Source: Camelus dromedarius
Taxonomy: Eukaryota
DNA: 64,000 bases
Reading direction: 5' to 3'
NCBI RefSeq assembly: GCF_036321535.1
Contig: NC_087437.1
Span: 78,432,001 to 78,496,000, forward strand
Position numbers and translations under genes: made by a program
Shown: one piece after another, positions 25,601-38,500 of the stretch
Layout of the letters: each line of letters begins with the position of its first letter
Numbering within the stretch: the stretch's first letter is position 1
The notes under the pieces: generated by a model
The model's database searches: none
Told to the model about the DNA's origin: nothing
The model's input: only the letters and a program-made list of their open reading frames with translations

Positions 25601-28319
25601 TAAGAGTAATAAATAACTTCCATGTTAAAAATAATTATTTCTTTTGGATAGATTTGGAAAATTTTTCTCATCTTTATATTTTCCTCTTTGAACTTATTTT
25701 TATAATTAATGAATAACCCAGTGTCTTTAGAAGTGGATTTATACTGCAACCTGTTTCAAGTTTTTAATGTAAGATCTCATTCTCATATTAGTAAGATTTG
25801 TGTTGAAGTAACACTAATCAGGCAGAAATAAGCACATATAAACAAAAGTCCTTTATCAGGATCAAATTACTATAAGATAACTCTATCCTAAAATTCTACA
25901 ACCTAAAACTATAGATGTTCAAAAGGAGCACTATAACAGAATCAGTAAGATATTTTAATGCTTCTTGCCATTATGAAACACATTTCAAATTTCAATATTC
26001 CTTGTCAGATATAAATAAATTAAAAATTTTATAACATAAGCCAATGAGAAAAAATAACATACTGCTTCAAAATATGTACTTTTTCAGAAATGTTTCTTAA
26101 ATATTATTAAATTTAATATATTTTTGAAAAAAGTGTGTAAAAACAGATTAGATAATTATAATAGAATTTTAAAACCTTTTTTAAGCTTTGAATGTATAGA
26201 ACTTTGATGAAATCATCTATCAAAAACCATCTTAGACTGTTTTAAATTGATAAAAACAAAAATGATATGGGACTACCTCATTTCTCAAATACAGACTGAT
26301 GTTGTATTAAGTGTTTGAAAATAGTTTGACTTCTTCAATAATCTAAGCCAAAAAGTGTGCTGTATAGACATTTTTTAAATGTCCAGACAGTATTTTCAGC
26401 TAGCAAACATATCTCACTCCTCCACTCCTACCCCTAAAACACACTTGCACTGACATTACAAGGTCTTAATTCAGTGAGTTAGAATTAATAATGTTCCACC
26501 GTATCTTGTAATTGGTGGAAATATGTTTACTTCCACTTTGTTCTCCTTTTGTGCTTAAATGTTCTGTTGACTTCACCATGAACTTCAAGGTGAACTTCTG
26601 AGGTTCACTGAGAGGTTTATTCATTTTGGCAGTAAAAAAGGCTGACTCTATACATATCTAAGTTTTAAACTACATTCCTGTACCTTGCAAAACCATTAAC
26701 ATTTTCTCCACAACTGGCTATTTTCCATTTTTGATATAATGAGAGCCAAAATAAGAGTTAGTTAAAAAACCAGAATTCTTTTCAGCTCTGATAAAGTTTT
26801 TTTTTTTTTTTTTTTTTTAAGAAAAACTTTAGGAGGAAATTTTGGCTATATGTTCACTGTATCGATCCTCCAATCTAACTTCATTTTAAGGTAGAAATTG
26901 GATTATCTTTGGTTTTTTTTTTCCCTTGAAAAGCTGTTAGATATACTATAAAAATAAAAATCTATTTAACTTACCTACACTTACCAAGTAAGCAATCTTT
27001 CTATTGGTATTTGAGAAAGGAAGACCAAATGTAATTCCAAATGTCATGCATACCCAGAGCAGTATATCACTTTGGGATGCCAGTTTCAAGACTTGAAGCA
27101 CAATATGCTTGCACTCCTCCTTGGCCTTTATTTATTAGACATGTTAAGTAAAGCCCAAATTTGAAAGCCTGGCTATAAATTACTGTCTTTTGATTTTATT
27201 TATGGAAAAGTTTAGTAAAACATGAACTTTTCCCCTGAATGTTTGAAATATGTAGTTTTAACATACCCTGTGTCTACTCCTTTCTTCTTCTTAGGTGTAT
27301 TCTTATGAAGCATTATTATTCAACAACTTTAGGTGGAAATTTGTAGATACTAGTAAATATTTATGTAATTCAGCTAAAATATTCATATTAAATAAGGAAA
27401 TTTAGTTTTCTTATATTTGGATATTTTAAGCAACAGAGAGAAGAATATTGCCCTAAATCTCTGATTACTGTTTCTAGAACCTGATATAGAATTCTGAACT
27501 CTAGGACCATTAACGTGTGAAATAGTCTACAAGGGTATTGCTGTGAAAATTAAATGTAGCTGATCATTGTAATGCTTTTAAATGCTCTGCCATTTTTAAT
27601 TCACATCAATCAATTGCAATCATTAATCAAGTTGAATACAGTGGTTTGGGTGAGCACTTAATATTGATTCTAGCTTAAATTTCACTGCAATTATAACTTA
27701 ATGGTAAGTAGTATGTGTAATATTTAAATATAATCTACTTTAAACTGTCAATTAAGTGACAGCAGTGAGAAAGGACAAAGTCTGTGACCTGGACAGATAT
27801 TATAAGGACTTTTTTTCTTAAATGGAGAAGGAAAGAAGCCAAAGGATCAAAAGGGGAAGAGGGAGGAGGTGTTTGTTGGCACATGTTAAGCACAGTGTTT
27901 AACTGTGCTAACACTAGATGTTCACAGAGGTGATTTGAGACACAAATGGAAAAAAAAGTGCACCAACAGACAGAACAGCAGCCATTGATATCAAATTCCC
28001 AATAATTTACTGCTAAAATTCAAGATTGTCTTCCTAAATTGAAAGTCCAAACACTTATTTATAATGAAATTCTATATCTAAAAAAAGAAGATAAGGTCAC
28101 TTAATGTATGTCCTGCTCCAAATATGATACTTGGGTTTTCCTGAGATGACCAGTCAACCAGCTTTGTTCAAATCCCTTAGTTTCACTGATTCTAACTTTC
28201 CTCAACTGAAAATAAATGTTTCAAACAAATAAATCTTAAAGCTCATGCCATGTTTTCAGAAGTTTTAGCTGAGGATGTATATTAATGTCTAGACCTACTT
28301 GAAGGCATGGATACTCAAA

Positions 28320-28467
28320 GAGTGATGCTCAAAATGTGGCTCCCTGACCAGTAGAAATGGCATCACCTGGAAACTTGCTAGAAGTACAGATTCTCAGGCC
28401 TCGCCTCCTACATGTTACATCAGACACTGAGGTGATTGTGAGACAGGCTGAAGTTTGAGAACCACTA
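28320..28467. mobile_element. MER5A (hAT-Charlie) with internal deletion
   Basis: AGTGATGCTCAAAATGTGG..GCATCACCTGGAAACTTGCTAGAAGTACAGATTCTCAGGCC..AAGTTTGAGAACCACT. Confidence 0.85.
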
Positions 28468-28509
28468 CCCTCAGATGAGGTTTGGTTCTATAGTAGACAG
28501 GAACAGGAG

Positions 28510-29700
28510 GTATAAAATGCAAAATGGCTGACTTCTCTCTCAAAAATTCCACCAACTCGACAATAAATATTTAAGAACAAAAACAAACAAACAAACAGAA
28601 CAAGTAAATAAATCCTCCGCAAAATCAATAGCCTGGGAAGTTATCGACTGATCATATCTGTGAACAATTTCTTGAAAAGAAAATGTAGATAGAATCAAAA
28701 TGATGCCAAAATCCAATAGCTATGAGAAATTACTTACCTTGCATAACTGAAAGTGTGAAACTTAAACAAGTTAGGTTTTTTTCCAAAGAACTGTAGAATC
28801 TAAACACCAAGACTCATATTGGAAACAGAGATAATAGTGGAGCTAATGGGAAGTTGATCCAATTATTACTTAAAGTTTGAGGAAGAGCTAATCAGTGCCA
28901 TTTCAGATGAAGAACCACAAACAGACAGATGAAGTAGCTCTGACATTGGAAATGGTCAGTGTTCCGGGGAATTGGGAATGTGTTCCAAGTAATTAAGCTT
29001 CACAGAAAGAAGAGGAAAATAAATTCCCATGTGGGAAAACACACTGCCAACCTGAAGTGAATGTGTAAACTCTTCTGTCTCTAACCACACACCATGGACA
29101 AAGCCATCAAAGCTGCTGTTGCTGTGAGTTAATCAGATGCTACATGAACATGTGGAAGCAGTGAAAGGTGCGTAGGCTGCCAATACCATCAATATATATA
29201 CACAAACTCAAATCCTAAATAGTTAAAGAAATCTATCTGCATAAGAGGCAAAAAAGGAAAAAGAGAAAAAGAAAAATGAACACATACACACAAAAAACAA
29301 TGCCAGGATGACTAAACTCCCATGGAGGAAGTTAATACAAGGGCAAAACATCAGATTCCATCTCACAAAGCTATAGAAACAAATATAAATATTATATTAA
29401 AAGAAAATTATAAGTGTAAAAAGAAGAAAGTAGTAAATTACATATCAAAATTCTAGATCTGAATGATAAAACAAATAGCTCATTCTTTGCAAAGATCTAT
29501 TAAGACAATATCATCTTGAAGTGTAAAGAAAATGAAAGAATTAGGGAAGCATGAAGAAAACTTATAAAGGATGAGAACCAGGTAATAAACATAAATAGAG
29601 GACATTAAATTATAAAAGAATACTATAATGAAATTTATATCAACAATTTTGAAAGTCCAGCTGAAATTGTTAATTTTCTAAGAAGGATTATAAAACTTGC
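28510..29700 (+). mobile_element. Highly decayed old L1/HAL1-like fragments
   Basis: A-rich. CAAAATGGCTGAC 5'-like motif and ORF2-like ATATCAACAATTTTGAAAGTCCAGCTGAAATTGTTAATTTTCTAAGAA near 29640. Confidence 0.4.
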
Positions 29701-29909
29701 TAAAATCACACAGCTTAGTGATGGAGTCAGTTTGGTCTGAATACAAATTTTTTCCTATCAGATGTCTACACCATCCCTATCCTTTTTTTGGTATTGCTGG
29801 AGATGATTTGGATCAGGTATCCACCTTCTTTCACAAAGCCAAATATTTCAGGGGAAGCAGGTAAACTTTACAGCCACAGAGGGAGAATCATTATGGGCTT
29901 AATCCATTT

Positions 29910-30470
29910 CTAGAACAATGTATTAAATTAACCATCCTTTTTCCATTGACTTGAAATAACAGCTTTGTCATTTTTTAAGATCTCACATACATGCAGATCT
30001 ATTTTTGAAATGTCTTGTTTTACTATTTTATTGATTGGTTTGGATATTCCCTGTATTAATACAATATTCTTTTGAAAACAGAAACTTTTTACTAAATTTT
30101 AGTGTGTGGCAATAGAACTGCCAGCTTACTTTTCTCATTTGATACTAATCATTTTTAAAAAGTAATAACTTTGACCTAAGTAAATATATTTTTGTAATTT
30201 GTTTTTAAAATCCTTAAAATAACTTTATTTGAATGAAACTTTTACTTCTACCATTTTTTGTTTATTTAATATCTTAAGTTTCTCTCACCAATTACAGACA
30301 TATATTAATATGCCAAATAATTTTAAAACAAAAGAAAATGAAAAAACATAGACAATTATCAAGTTGAATTGTTTTCTTATTTTTATACTATTTTTGTTTG
30401 CATCCATCATGTTTAAAAAAATCTCTTTTGATAATTCTCTGGGTGTGCTAGAACTTCCTTATTTCCTTAT
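29910..30470 (-). mobile_element. Old L1 (L1ME-like) ORF2 fragments
   Basis: CCATCCTTTTTCCATTGACTTGAAATAACAGCTTTGTCAT...GATCTATTTTTG resembles antisense L1 ORF2. Confidence 0.5.
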
Positions 30471-30546
30471 CTTTATTATTTATTTATCATAGTGTATTTA
30501 GCATATAATATTTCTCCCATCTTTAGACAAAGTAAAGAAAATACAT

Positions 30547-31517
30547 TAAGAAGCTCATATAACTCAATATCAGAAAAATCAAACAAACCAATCATAAATG
30601 GGCATAAGACCTGAATAGACATTTCTTCAAAGAAGACATGCAGCTGGCTAACAGGCATATAAAAAGATACTCAACATCACTGATTACTAGAGAAATACAA
30701 ATCAAAAAACAGTCACAATGAGGTATCACCTCACCCCTGTCAGAATGGCTGTCATCAAAAAGTCTACAAGAAAAAAATTTTGGTGAGCATGTGGAGAAAA
30801 AGGAACCTTTGTACATGGTTGGTGGGAATGTAAATAGATGCAAGCACTATGAAACACAGTAGGGAGTTTCCTCAAAAACTAAAAATAGAGCTACCGTATC
30901 ACCCAGCAATTCCACTCCCGGGTATATATCTGAAAAAACCAAAACACTCATTCAAAAAGATACTTGCTCCCACACCAATGTTCATCCAGCACTATTTACA
31001 ATAGCTGAAATATGGAAGCAACCAAAGCAATTAACAGATGAGTGGATAAAGAAGATGTGATGTGATATATATATATATATAGTGAAGTATTACTCAGCCA
31101 TAAAAAATGAGATTCTGTCATCTGCGCAATATGAATGGACCAAGAGAATGTTATGCTTAGTGAAATAAGTCAAAGACAAATACTGTATGGTATCACTTAT
31201 ATATGGAATCTAAAAAATAATACAAAGGAATGTATATAGTAAAACAGAAACAGACTCACAGATATAGAAAACAAGCTAGCAGTTACCAGTGGAGAGAGGG
31301 AAGAAGGGAAGGGCACATTAGAGATACGGGATTAAGAAATACAAAGGACTACATATAAAATAGATAAGCAATAAGGATATATCATATAGCACAGGAAATT
31401 ATAGCCATTTTCTTGTAGTAACTTTTAATACATCATAAACTGTGAAAACAATGAATCACTGTTTAACACCTGAAACTAATATAATATTGTACATCAACTA
31501 TACTTTAATAAAAAGAG
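30547..31517 (+). mobile_element. 5'-truncated L1: disrupted ORF2 C-terminus plus 3' UTR
   Basis: Translates [36 protein letters not shown] (L1 ORF2). Also CCCAGCAATTCCACTCCCGGGTATATATC and terminal CATCAACTATACTTTAATAAAAA. TSD GAAAATACAT at 30537-30546 and 31518-31527. Confidence 0.95.
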
Positions 31518-33836
31518 GAAAATACATGAAGACATGCTAGTCTTCTGAGTGACATTCTGCTTAAAATTTTCAGTACTGTGAATTTGTAAAGCTATTTCTA
31601 AAATACTAATGTGTGACAGTATCTTTGAAAATGTGTAGAATCTTAGTCTGTCAGAAAAAATATGCAATTTAGATGAGATGGCTAAGAACTTTAGAAACCA
31701 GTAGTCCAATCCAGACTGCCAATGTAGAGTCTCTATTGGGCAGAGTCTAGACAGCAGCGGGCAGAGCCTCTGGTTGGCTTGTCCTTGTCAAGACCATTAG
31801 ACATGGACTAGAGATCAGAAACAGGATTTCAGTTAAGCAGGAAAATGACTGGCAAAGAAAGGAAGAACCCCAGCTGCAGGGAAATTTGGGAGCTAGGTGA
31901 ATCTCTAAAACAAGAACTCAGAAAAAGAACTCAAATGATTAGTCCATTTGAATAACTCAGGATACATAAAAACTGAGAAAAACCTGATTGGAAACTCAAT
32001 CATTAAGAGCCTCAGCAGAGTTGAGTTGTATCTGAGATCAAACTGAATTAACGCCCAGAGATTCTAAGCCCTCCTGGTTGTGCACGTTTTAGTGGTAGTG
32101 TAGGAAAAAGGGAATTGATGCTAATGCAGGCAAATGAAATTGAATATACTCATTCTGATTTAACATTAAGTTGGCTTGAAAACTGGGTCAGAGCAGATTT
32201 TGCTAGTTAAGATATCAATAGCTCAATTACAGCAGAGCTGGAGAAGGCAGATCTAAGTGCTACGTAGTGAAGTCCAAGGAGAGGCTGAATGGCACTATTA
32301 TACTCTGCTTCTTTAATAAACTGGCTATTTTACAAACTGCTTCCTGATGTTCAAATGAAGGGATTCATCATGAAGTTGATCTGACTCTAGTGTAAATGTA
32401 TTAAAAACATTGATTCATCTAATTAATTTTTCTCCAGTGTTAGTATCTATGGTTAACCTATTTTATTCTTAGTTTACCGTACTGATTGATTTTAAATTTT
32501 TCCTAAAAAAAACCCCAAAAAAACCTTACACACCAAAGTGTCTTCCTAGAAGTAGAAAATCCCATTGACTTCGAATAAATTTGGATCAAGTAGGTGAGAA
32601 AAAGACAATATTCAAATATACAAAGTAATTGCTTTAACAAGAACAAAAAGGATTATAAAGATTTAGCCTCAGTGCTTGAATCTTTCCAATACAACCACAT
32701 TAGAATAGTTATGTACAATTCAGTCTACATGAAAGTGGTCTAACTGTGAATATAATATTGTGTTCTTAATTCTTTGTTAATCTAATTCGTTTGCTCATAT
32801 GACACAATACCCCATGTTCACAAATTTGTTCTTGATACAAAAAGAACAACGTAAATTCCAGAACAGTATGCCTTCTTTCACATTTCGATATTATCCAGTT
32901 CTTTGATAGGGCAGCATGGAGAGGAGCGGACTCACTGGGGAAATTAAAAATATGTGGCAGCACTTTTTAATACAAGGCTTCCCTGAAGCCAGGCAAATGG
33001 GGATTGGCAGTTATGAACATCAGCTCACTGTTGGGTATTTCTGCTGAAATACTCTGGGTGGTCTTTATGAACTTCCTAGTGGGCAGCTTGTTTGACTAAA
33101 GGCAGAGAAACCACACTTAAAGGATTCTGAAATTATCAGGAAGATAAGAAATTATGAGAGAACACGGACTGAGGGAACTACTGTGATTTAGGGTTTGGAG
33201 CAAGATAACAAGTAATTTATTTGAAGAAAAGACCAACAAATAGGATCAGAGAAAGGAGATTTCTGTATTTATGTTTATTCTCAGGTTTTTTCTTTTTTTC
33301 CCCATAACTCTTAAGTCTCCAGCCTCCCATGGTTATTTTGTTTAGTGCTTCCAAATCTTACAAAGTGCAAGGATACACTTTTGTCGTGCCTTAACCTATT
33401 CCAATCCCATCCAGGTTATAATCGTAGAAGTAGAGAACAGTGTTTGCCAAAGATGTACATCATCAGTTCTCAGATTTGATGTGCAAACACAAGGCCCTGT
33501 GGGAGACGCCTGTACAATTTAGCAAATCTAGAGGCCAGACTCACAGCTGGAATATTAACTGCCTGCTACCTCCCGTGCTTATGAACCCATTAATGAATAT
33601 TATTAAACACAGAGCAGAATAAAGCTAACTTCCCCCCTCAATTTCAACGTGTGATTCCTTAATATAAAATGAAGAGAAACTTATGTCCTGCTTGAGTGCA
33701 ATAGAAAGAGAAAATACTTCCGTTCTGTATGAATGATCAAAGTCCATATTCTTGAGTAAAAATCAGAGAACCAGTATTTTAGTTCACTCTATATAGAAAG
33801 AAATGCACCAATTTTAAAAAATGTAAGAAGGGAGTA

Positions 33837-33973
33837 GGGAGGGCGTAGCTCAGTGGTAGAGTGCATGCTTAGCATGCACAGGGTCCTGGATTCAATCCCC
33901 AGTACCTCCATTTAAAAAAAAAATCTAATTATCCACTCCACAAAATTTTTTTTAAAACATAAAAATAAAAAAA
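33837..33973 (+). mobile_element. tRNA-Ala-derived SINE, Vic-1-like (camelid)
   Basis: Head GGGAGGGCGTAGCTCAGTGGTAGAGTGCATGCTTAGCATGCACAGGGTCCTGGATTCAATCCCCAGTACCTCCA with A box at 33846-33856 and a mutated B box at about 33888-33899. An A-rich linker, CTAATTATCCACTCC and an A tail follow. Confidence 0.88.
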
Positions 33974-34221
33974 GAAGTTAAGAAAAGACATTTTATGGAA
34001 ACATATTGTATTGAATGACACTGATTAATTAGGAATATTTTCCAAATATTCTTTCTGTATCTTGGCATTTAACTAAGATGTTAATGGTTGACATTGAGTA
34101 AGATTTTAATCAGAGTTATATTTTATGGTTAATAAGATTTTTTGTTTTCAAATATCTAATATAATCTCTCTCGGAGGAATAATGACAGGGCTAGGTATAT
34201 AACTGAATATCAAAATATAAA

Positions 34222-34421
34222 ATAGAGTGATATAAAATGAAAAGATGGGCTGGTATGAGAAGATCTGAATTCTATTTGTGATGAAGCAACTCACTGGTTT
34301 TATTAATTTGGAAAAGTTTTAAAACCTCAGGTTTCTGATCTGTAAAATGGGGATATTAAGATCTGACCTGTCCATCTCACAGGGTCATGTGAAAATAAAC
34401 AGATCATAAATGTTAAGCTTT
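34222..34421 (+). mobile_element. MIR (MIRc/MIR3-like) SINE
   Basis: CCTCAGGTTTCTGATCTGTAAAATGGGGATA core and CTCACAGGGTCATGTG. Confidence 0.75.
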
Positions 34422-35156
34422 TCAAAAACAAACAAACAAACAAACAAAAAATGAATTTCAAAGATGCAAGAGATTATAAAATAAAGCTAGGATATGGAAG
34501 ATCAATGTGTTTAGTTCAGTGGTTTTTTGTTTTGTTTTGTTTTTTAATAAATGTTAAGCTTTATAAGTTCATTTGAGGGAGGAGGAAAGAGCAATGATTA
34601 TCTTAAAAATACTTAATCCGTTCTTGAATATTCAATATGCAGTATATAAAGACTATTGAGACAATTCAGGCAGCTGACTCAATTACCTGCTCTTCTGTCA
34701 AAAAAGGTATACTCTACATGACTTATTTCTGAGTTAGAAAGAAAGGCTTTGGTGACAGCCATGTTAGAAATGTCCTTTGCTGAAATGTAGACAATGCCAT
34801 GGTTTTCAGAAACTAATGAAATTCAATGGACCTAATATTTTTTTCTTCTTTTTCTCCTATATGAACTGCCCCTTTAAAATGCCTTATTAGTAAACATTTT
34901 TTTCATATCTTTATGCAACATTTATAATTGCATCCTGAAATTTTGAAACCAATGTCATATATTTCAGATAAATGTTATTTTTGAAAATCATTGCCTTTAT
35001 TGTTGGGAAGGGGTAGACAGCCTACTTGTACTGTATAAGAACACTTATCTAGTACAGTATTCCTGTATAATAAAAAATGCGTATTATAGTGCATATTATA
35101 AGTAATACAAGTGTTATATACACTTAATGCAAACATCACATATGCACACATAACAA

Positions 35157-35407
35157 AATACCTAATGTTTACCAGCCATTTTCTATGTGCATGAGGATAT
35201 CTTTGTATTTTATAAGTATTATCTCATTTAACCCTCATAACAATCCCAGGAGGTTGATTCTGTTTATTCCTATTGCACACAGAAAATGAGGCAAAGGAAT
35301 GCTGAGTGACTCGCCCTAGATTGCACAGCAAGTAAATGGCAGAGTCAAGGTCAAGCCCAGGCAGCACACCAACAGAGCCTACACTCCTAATCACTTCACT
35401 GTGCAGT
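35157..35407 (-). mobile_element. MIR SINE (near full length)
   Basis: ATCTCATTTAACCCTCATAACAATCC...GAAAATGAGGCA...CACAGCAAGTAAATGGCAGAGTCAAGGTCAAGCCCAGGCAG. Confidence 0.88.
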
Positions 35408-35899
35408 CTCTTCAAGTAATATTTTTATAAACCACAAACTTTAAGATAGTTCAAACGTATATCAGGTAAGAACGGTTGTGCTTTTGGGACCAGGAGCATA
35501 AAGGCAAGCTGGTTATACTTGCCTGAAAGGGCTGAATCCTCCCCGCACATCCCAGAACTCCTGCAACTAAAAATATCTCCGCTCTCTGGAGGAGCAAGTC
35601 CCCAAAGACTCCTTATTTCATGTTTATGTAAAAACTGCTCATTCCAGACAGTGTCAGAAGACTTTGTTAATGGAACACACTCCTGGAACCGTGTCTTTTC
35701 CCTAAGTTTATCATAGGAACATATTGGAAAATTTGTACCAAGAATAAATCACAGGCTTATATTAGAGTTGCCAAAGGTTGGCTTTTGGCAAAATTGTGAA
35801 ACAGGTTAAGTGTACCTGAGTCACTTTCCCTCTTTCATGATTAGTTCTCATGTCCTCCCATTTAACTCCTATGACCCTTTTAGGATCTTTTTAGGATAA

Positions 35900-36066
35900 A
35901 TAAGTGATTATTTGTTTGATTTTTCTATTTATTATTTGTCTCTATTTAAAGACTATAATCTTCATATGTGTGGGGATCATTTTTATCTTTTTTGCTCTTG
36001 TGTCCCTAACCCCTAATATAGTATCAGATTATGGAATATGTTAGCCATGTATTGCATGAAGGAATC
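35900..36066 (+). mobile_element. L2 3' end
   Basis: GACTATAATCTTCAT..GGGGATCAT..TGTGTCCCTAACCCCTAATATAGT..TGAAGGAAT. Confidence 0.55.
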
Positions 36067-36624
36067 AAATCAAATGTTTATTAAAAAGATCTTGACCCCT
36101 TTCTTGGGTCAGTATATGGGACACAAATAATTGTTCAATTACTATCTTTTAACTGAATGAATGAAAAAAAAAATGAGTAAGGGAAGTGGTTAAGGTATGA
36201 ATCATTCTGGGATTGAATTTCCAAAGAGAATTCTCCAAGATCCACCGTAAGAGGGAGGGAAGCAGTGAGACCTTGTAATACACTGCATATGCATAAGAAC
36301 TGCAAAATTTCCCACAGTATCTTTCCCTTCTTTGCAGCAAGCCTCAGGTTTCAACCTGTTCTCTCTACTTTCCTGTCCTCACTATCTATTTGCTCCCTTG
36401 TGGATTCTGTCTCCATGTGACTGGCTGTGGAATGGATGCTATTCTTCTGTCTTCTTTCCTTGCTATCTGTGTAAAATAGACACAAGTCCCAATCACTTAA
36501 GCCCCTTTAGAAACTTACTGACGGGGGAAAGAAAACAACACATTGAGAATACATTTTACAATCCTAGGATATTTTTACTATTTCAGTCCCTGGACTGTAG
36601 CTCTAAACTCTTCAGTTACAGAAA

Positions 36625-36860
36625 CAGTAATAATCACGATTGCTAATGTTTATGGAGAACTTGTTACATATTCCATTCACTTGACACTTGAAGTCTGTTT
36701 GTCATTTAGTGTCAAGAGGATCTGGATTTACAAATCAGCAAGTAAACTGAGGTTCAGAAATACAATAGGCTGTTTCCAAAGGTCACTCTCCTCTTACGTG
36801 TCAGAAGCGGATCTGAAATCTGGATCTCTGTTACTCCAAAGCTTTTGTTATTGCTGTCCA
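36625..36860 (-). mobile_element. MIR SINE
   Basis: GTAAACTGAGGTTCAGAAA..TCCAAAGGTCAC..GGATCTGAAATCTGGATCT..ACTCCAAAGC. Confidence 0.7.
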
Positions 36861-37037
36861 AAGACAGAATTAAGCCAAAATAGTGTTGGCTTCTGATCTC
36901 AAGCTAAAAAAATGTTATTTATAAGGATATCCAGAATTTGTTTAACTTCTCCTCAAACACATTTGGTGCCTTCTTCCTGTGTTTTTAGTACATACAACAG
37001 TAGCTAGGAAAATAAAGTCCCCCAAATGGAGTACCTG

Positions 37038-37053
37038 TAGCCCCCTAGTGGCC
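37038..37053 (-). promoter_or_regulatory. Candidate CTCF binding site
   Basis: The minus strand reads GGCCACTAGGGGGCTA, matching the CTCF core CCASYAGRKGGC. It lies outside recognisable repeats. Confidence 0.65.
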
Positions 37054-37414
37054 TAAGAATGTTATCCACTTCACAGGAGCTGGAATGCTTCATAAACAAT
37101 GCTTCATGTGATCGATGCCCCACTAAGAAAGACCCATGTGGAAATAGCAGAGAAATCTCTACTTAGCATGACTTGAAGGATATTCTATCTTCTTTTTCAG
37201 AGCATTTTCCCTCTAGTATCCATCGGCAGTGTGTAAGTCACTTTCTCAATTGTATACACTATACTCCCTTTCCTTGTTAGACAAAATTCATCTGATGAGG
37301 AGAGAAGTGTAGGTTTGGGAAAATGCTAAGCTAACAATGATAACATCAAAAAAAGGGTGAATGACTGATAGAGTAATGAATGACAAGGAAAAGTCTATAA
37401 ACCAATATTTTTGC

Positions 37415-38330
37415 ATGCATTGTTTCACTAAAGGCATGTTTTTGAGGAGTTTACTGTGTGACAGGGACTGTGTCTAATATTGCTTATTCAGAGACAAGAA
37501 GACTGTTCTTGCCATTAAGATCCTTACCGTTGGTATTAGTCATTTTGAACTGCTGTAATAACAATACCACAGACTCTGTAACTTAAACAACAAACACTTG
37601 TTTCTCACAATTCTGGAGGCTGGGAAGTCCAAGATCAAGGTACCAGCAGATCTGGGTGAGGGAGATGGCTTGTATTGGGCTGTCTTCCCAAACTCTCTTG
37701 GATCTCTACTTTTAAGGGCACTAATCCCATCATGAGGGCTCCACCCTCATGACCTGCTTACCCCAAAAAGGCACCATCTCCAAATACCATCACATGGAGG
37801 ATTAGGGTTTCACATTTGAATTTTGGTAAGTGCAGGGGAGGTGCCAATATGTAGCCCATAGCACAGCCAACAAAATTATAACATTGAGTGCTAAATGCTA
37901 TAAATCGCTCTGAAAAAGAAATGCAAAGGGTTCACAGAAGAATAAGTTCCTAAATTTGCCTGAGGGCATCAAAGAAGGCTACACAGATTAGATAAGCTTT
38001 GATATGAGAGGACATTTAAGGAAGAGTTTGTTAGAAGCACAGATGGACAGGGAGAACTCCAGGCATAGACAAAAGGCAGGAGAGAAGTCATAGTTGGAGA
38101 ATCATGGATAGCTGGGTATTGCTGGGATATAAGGTACAAGGCAGGGTGAGGCGGAACATAAAAAATGGAATAGCTAAAAATTATGTCAAATGATTAAGGG
38201 TGTGCATAGATTGCAAAAGGTATTATCCTGAAATTTATGGGAAATACATGAAGTCACTGGCACAAAAATATTCCTTGTATTTTAGAATAATATTCTGTCA
38301 ACAGTATTTGTATTGCAATGGAATATGATA
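37415..38330 (-). mobile_element. L2 fragments (interrupted by an MLT1 LTR)
   Basis: Antisense L2 tail TTTTTGAGGAGTTTACTGTGTGACAGGGACTGTG and a purine-rich continuation after 37865. Confidence 0.55.
37531..37863 (-). mobile_element. MLT1A-like MaLR solo LTR
   Basis: TATTAGTC..CTGCTGTAATAACAATACCACAGACT..TTCTGGAGGCTGGGAAGTCCAAGATCAAGGT..GGCACTAATCCCATCATGAGGGCTCCACCCTCATGACCT..CCATAGCA. Confidence 0.9.
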
Positions 38331-38500
38331 GATAGGTTCAGGGCCAAAGCTTGTGAAACTGGTTATTAAGACAAAAGGGGGATTCAAATAACTAAAGAAG
38401 TATAATTGAATAAATGAACAAACAACTACTGATGTGGCATGATAAGGGTTTGGGAGCCTAAAGGAAGACAGTAAGTGACTGTGCCTCTTCTCATGTGAGA

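Noticed and set aside
31700..32130. Possible ancient LTR (similar texture at about 11040-11700 and 51100-51600)
   Set aside because: Purine-rich, LTR-like texture only. I could not match termini or a consensus with enough confidence to annotate.
33838..33910. tRNA-Ala(AGC) gene
   Set aside because: Mutated B box, imperfect stems and a SINE-type A-rich body and tail. It is better explained as a tRNA-derived SINE.
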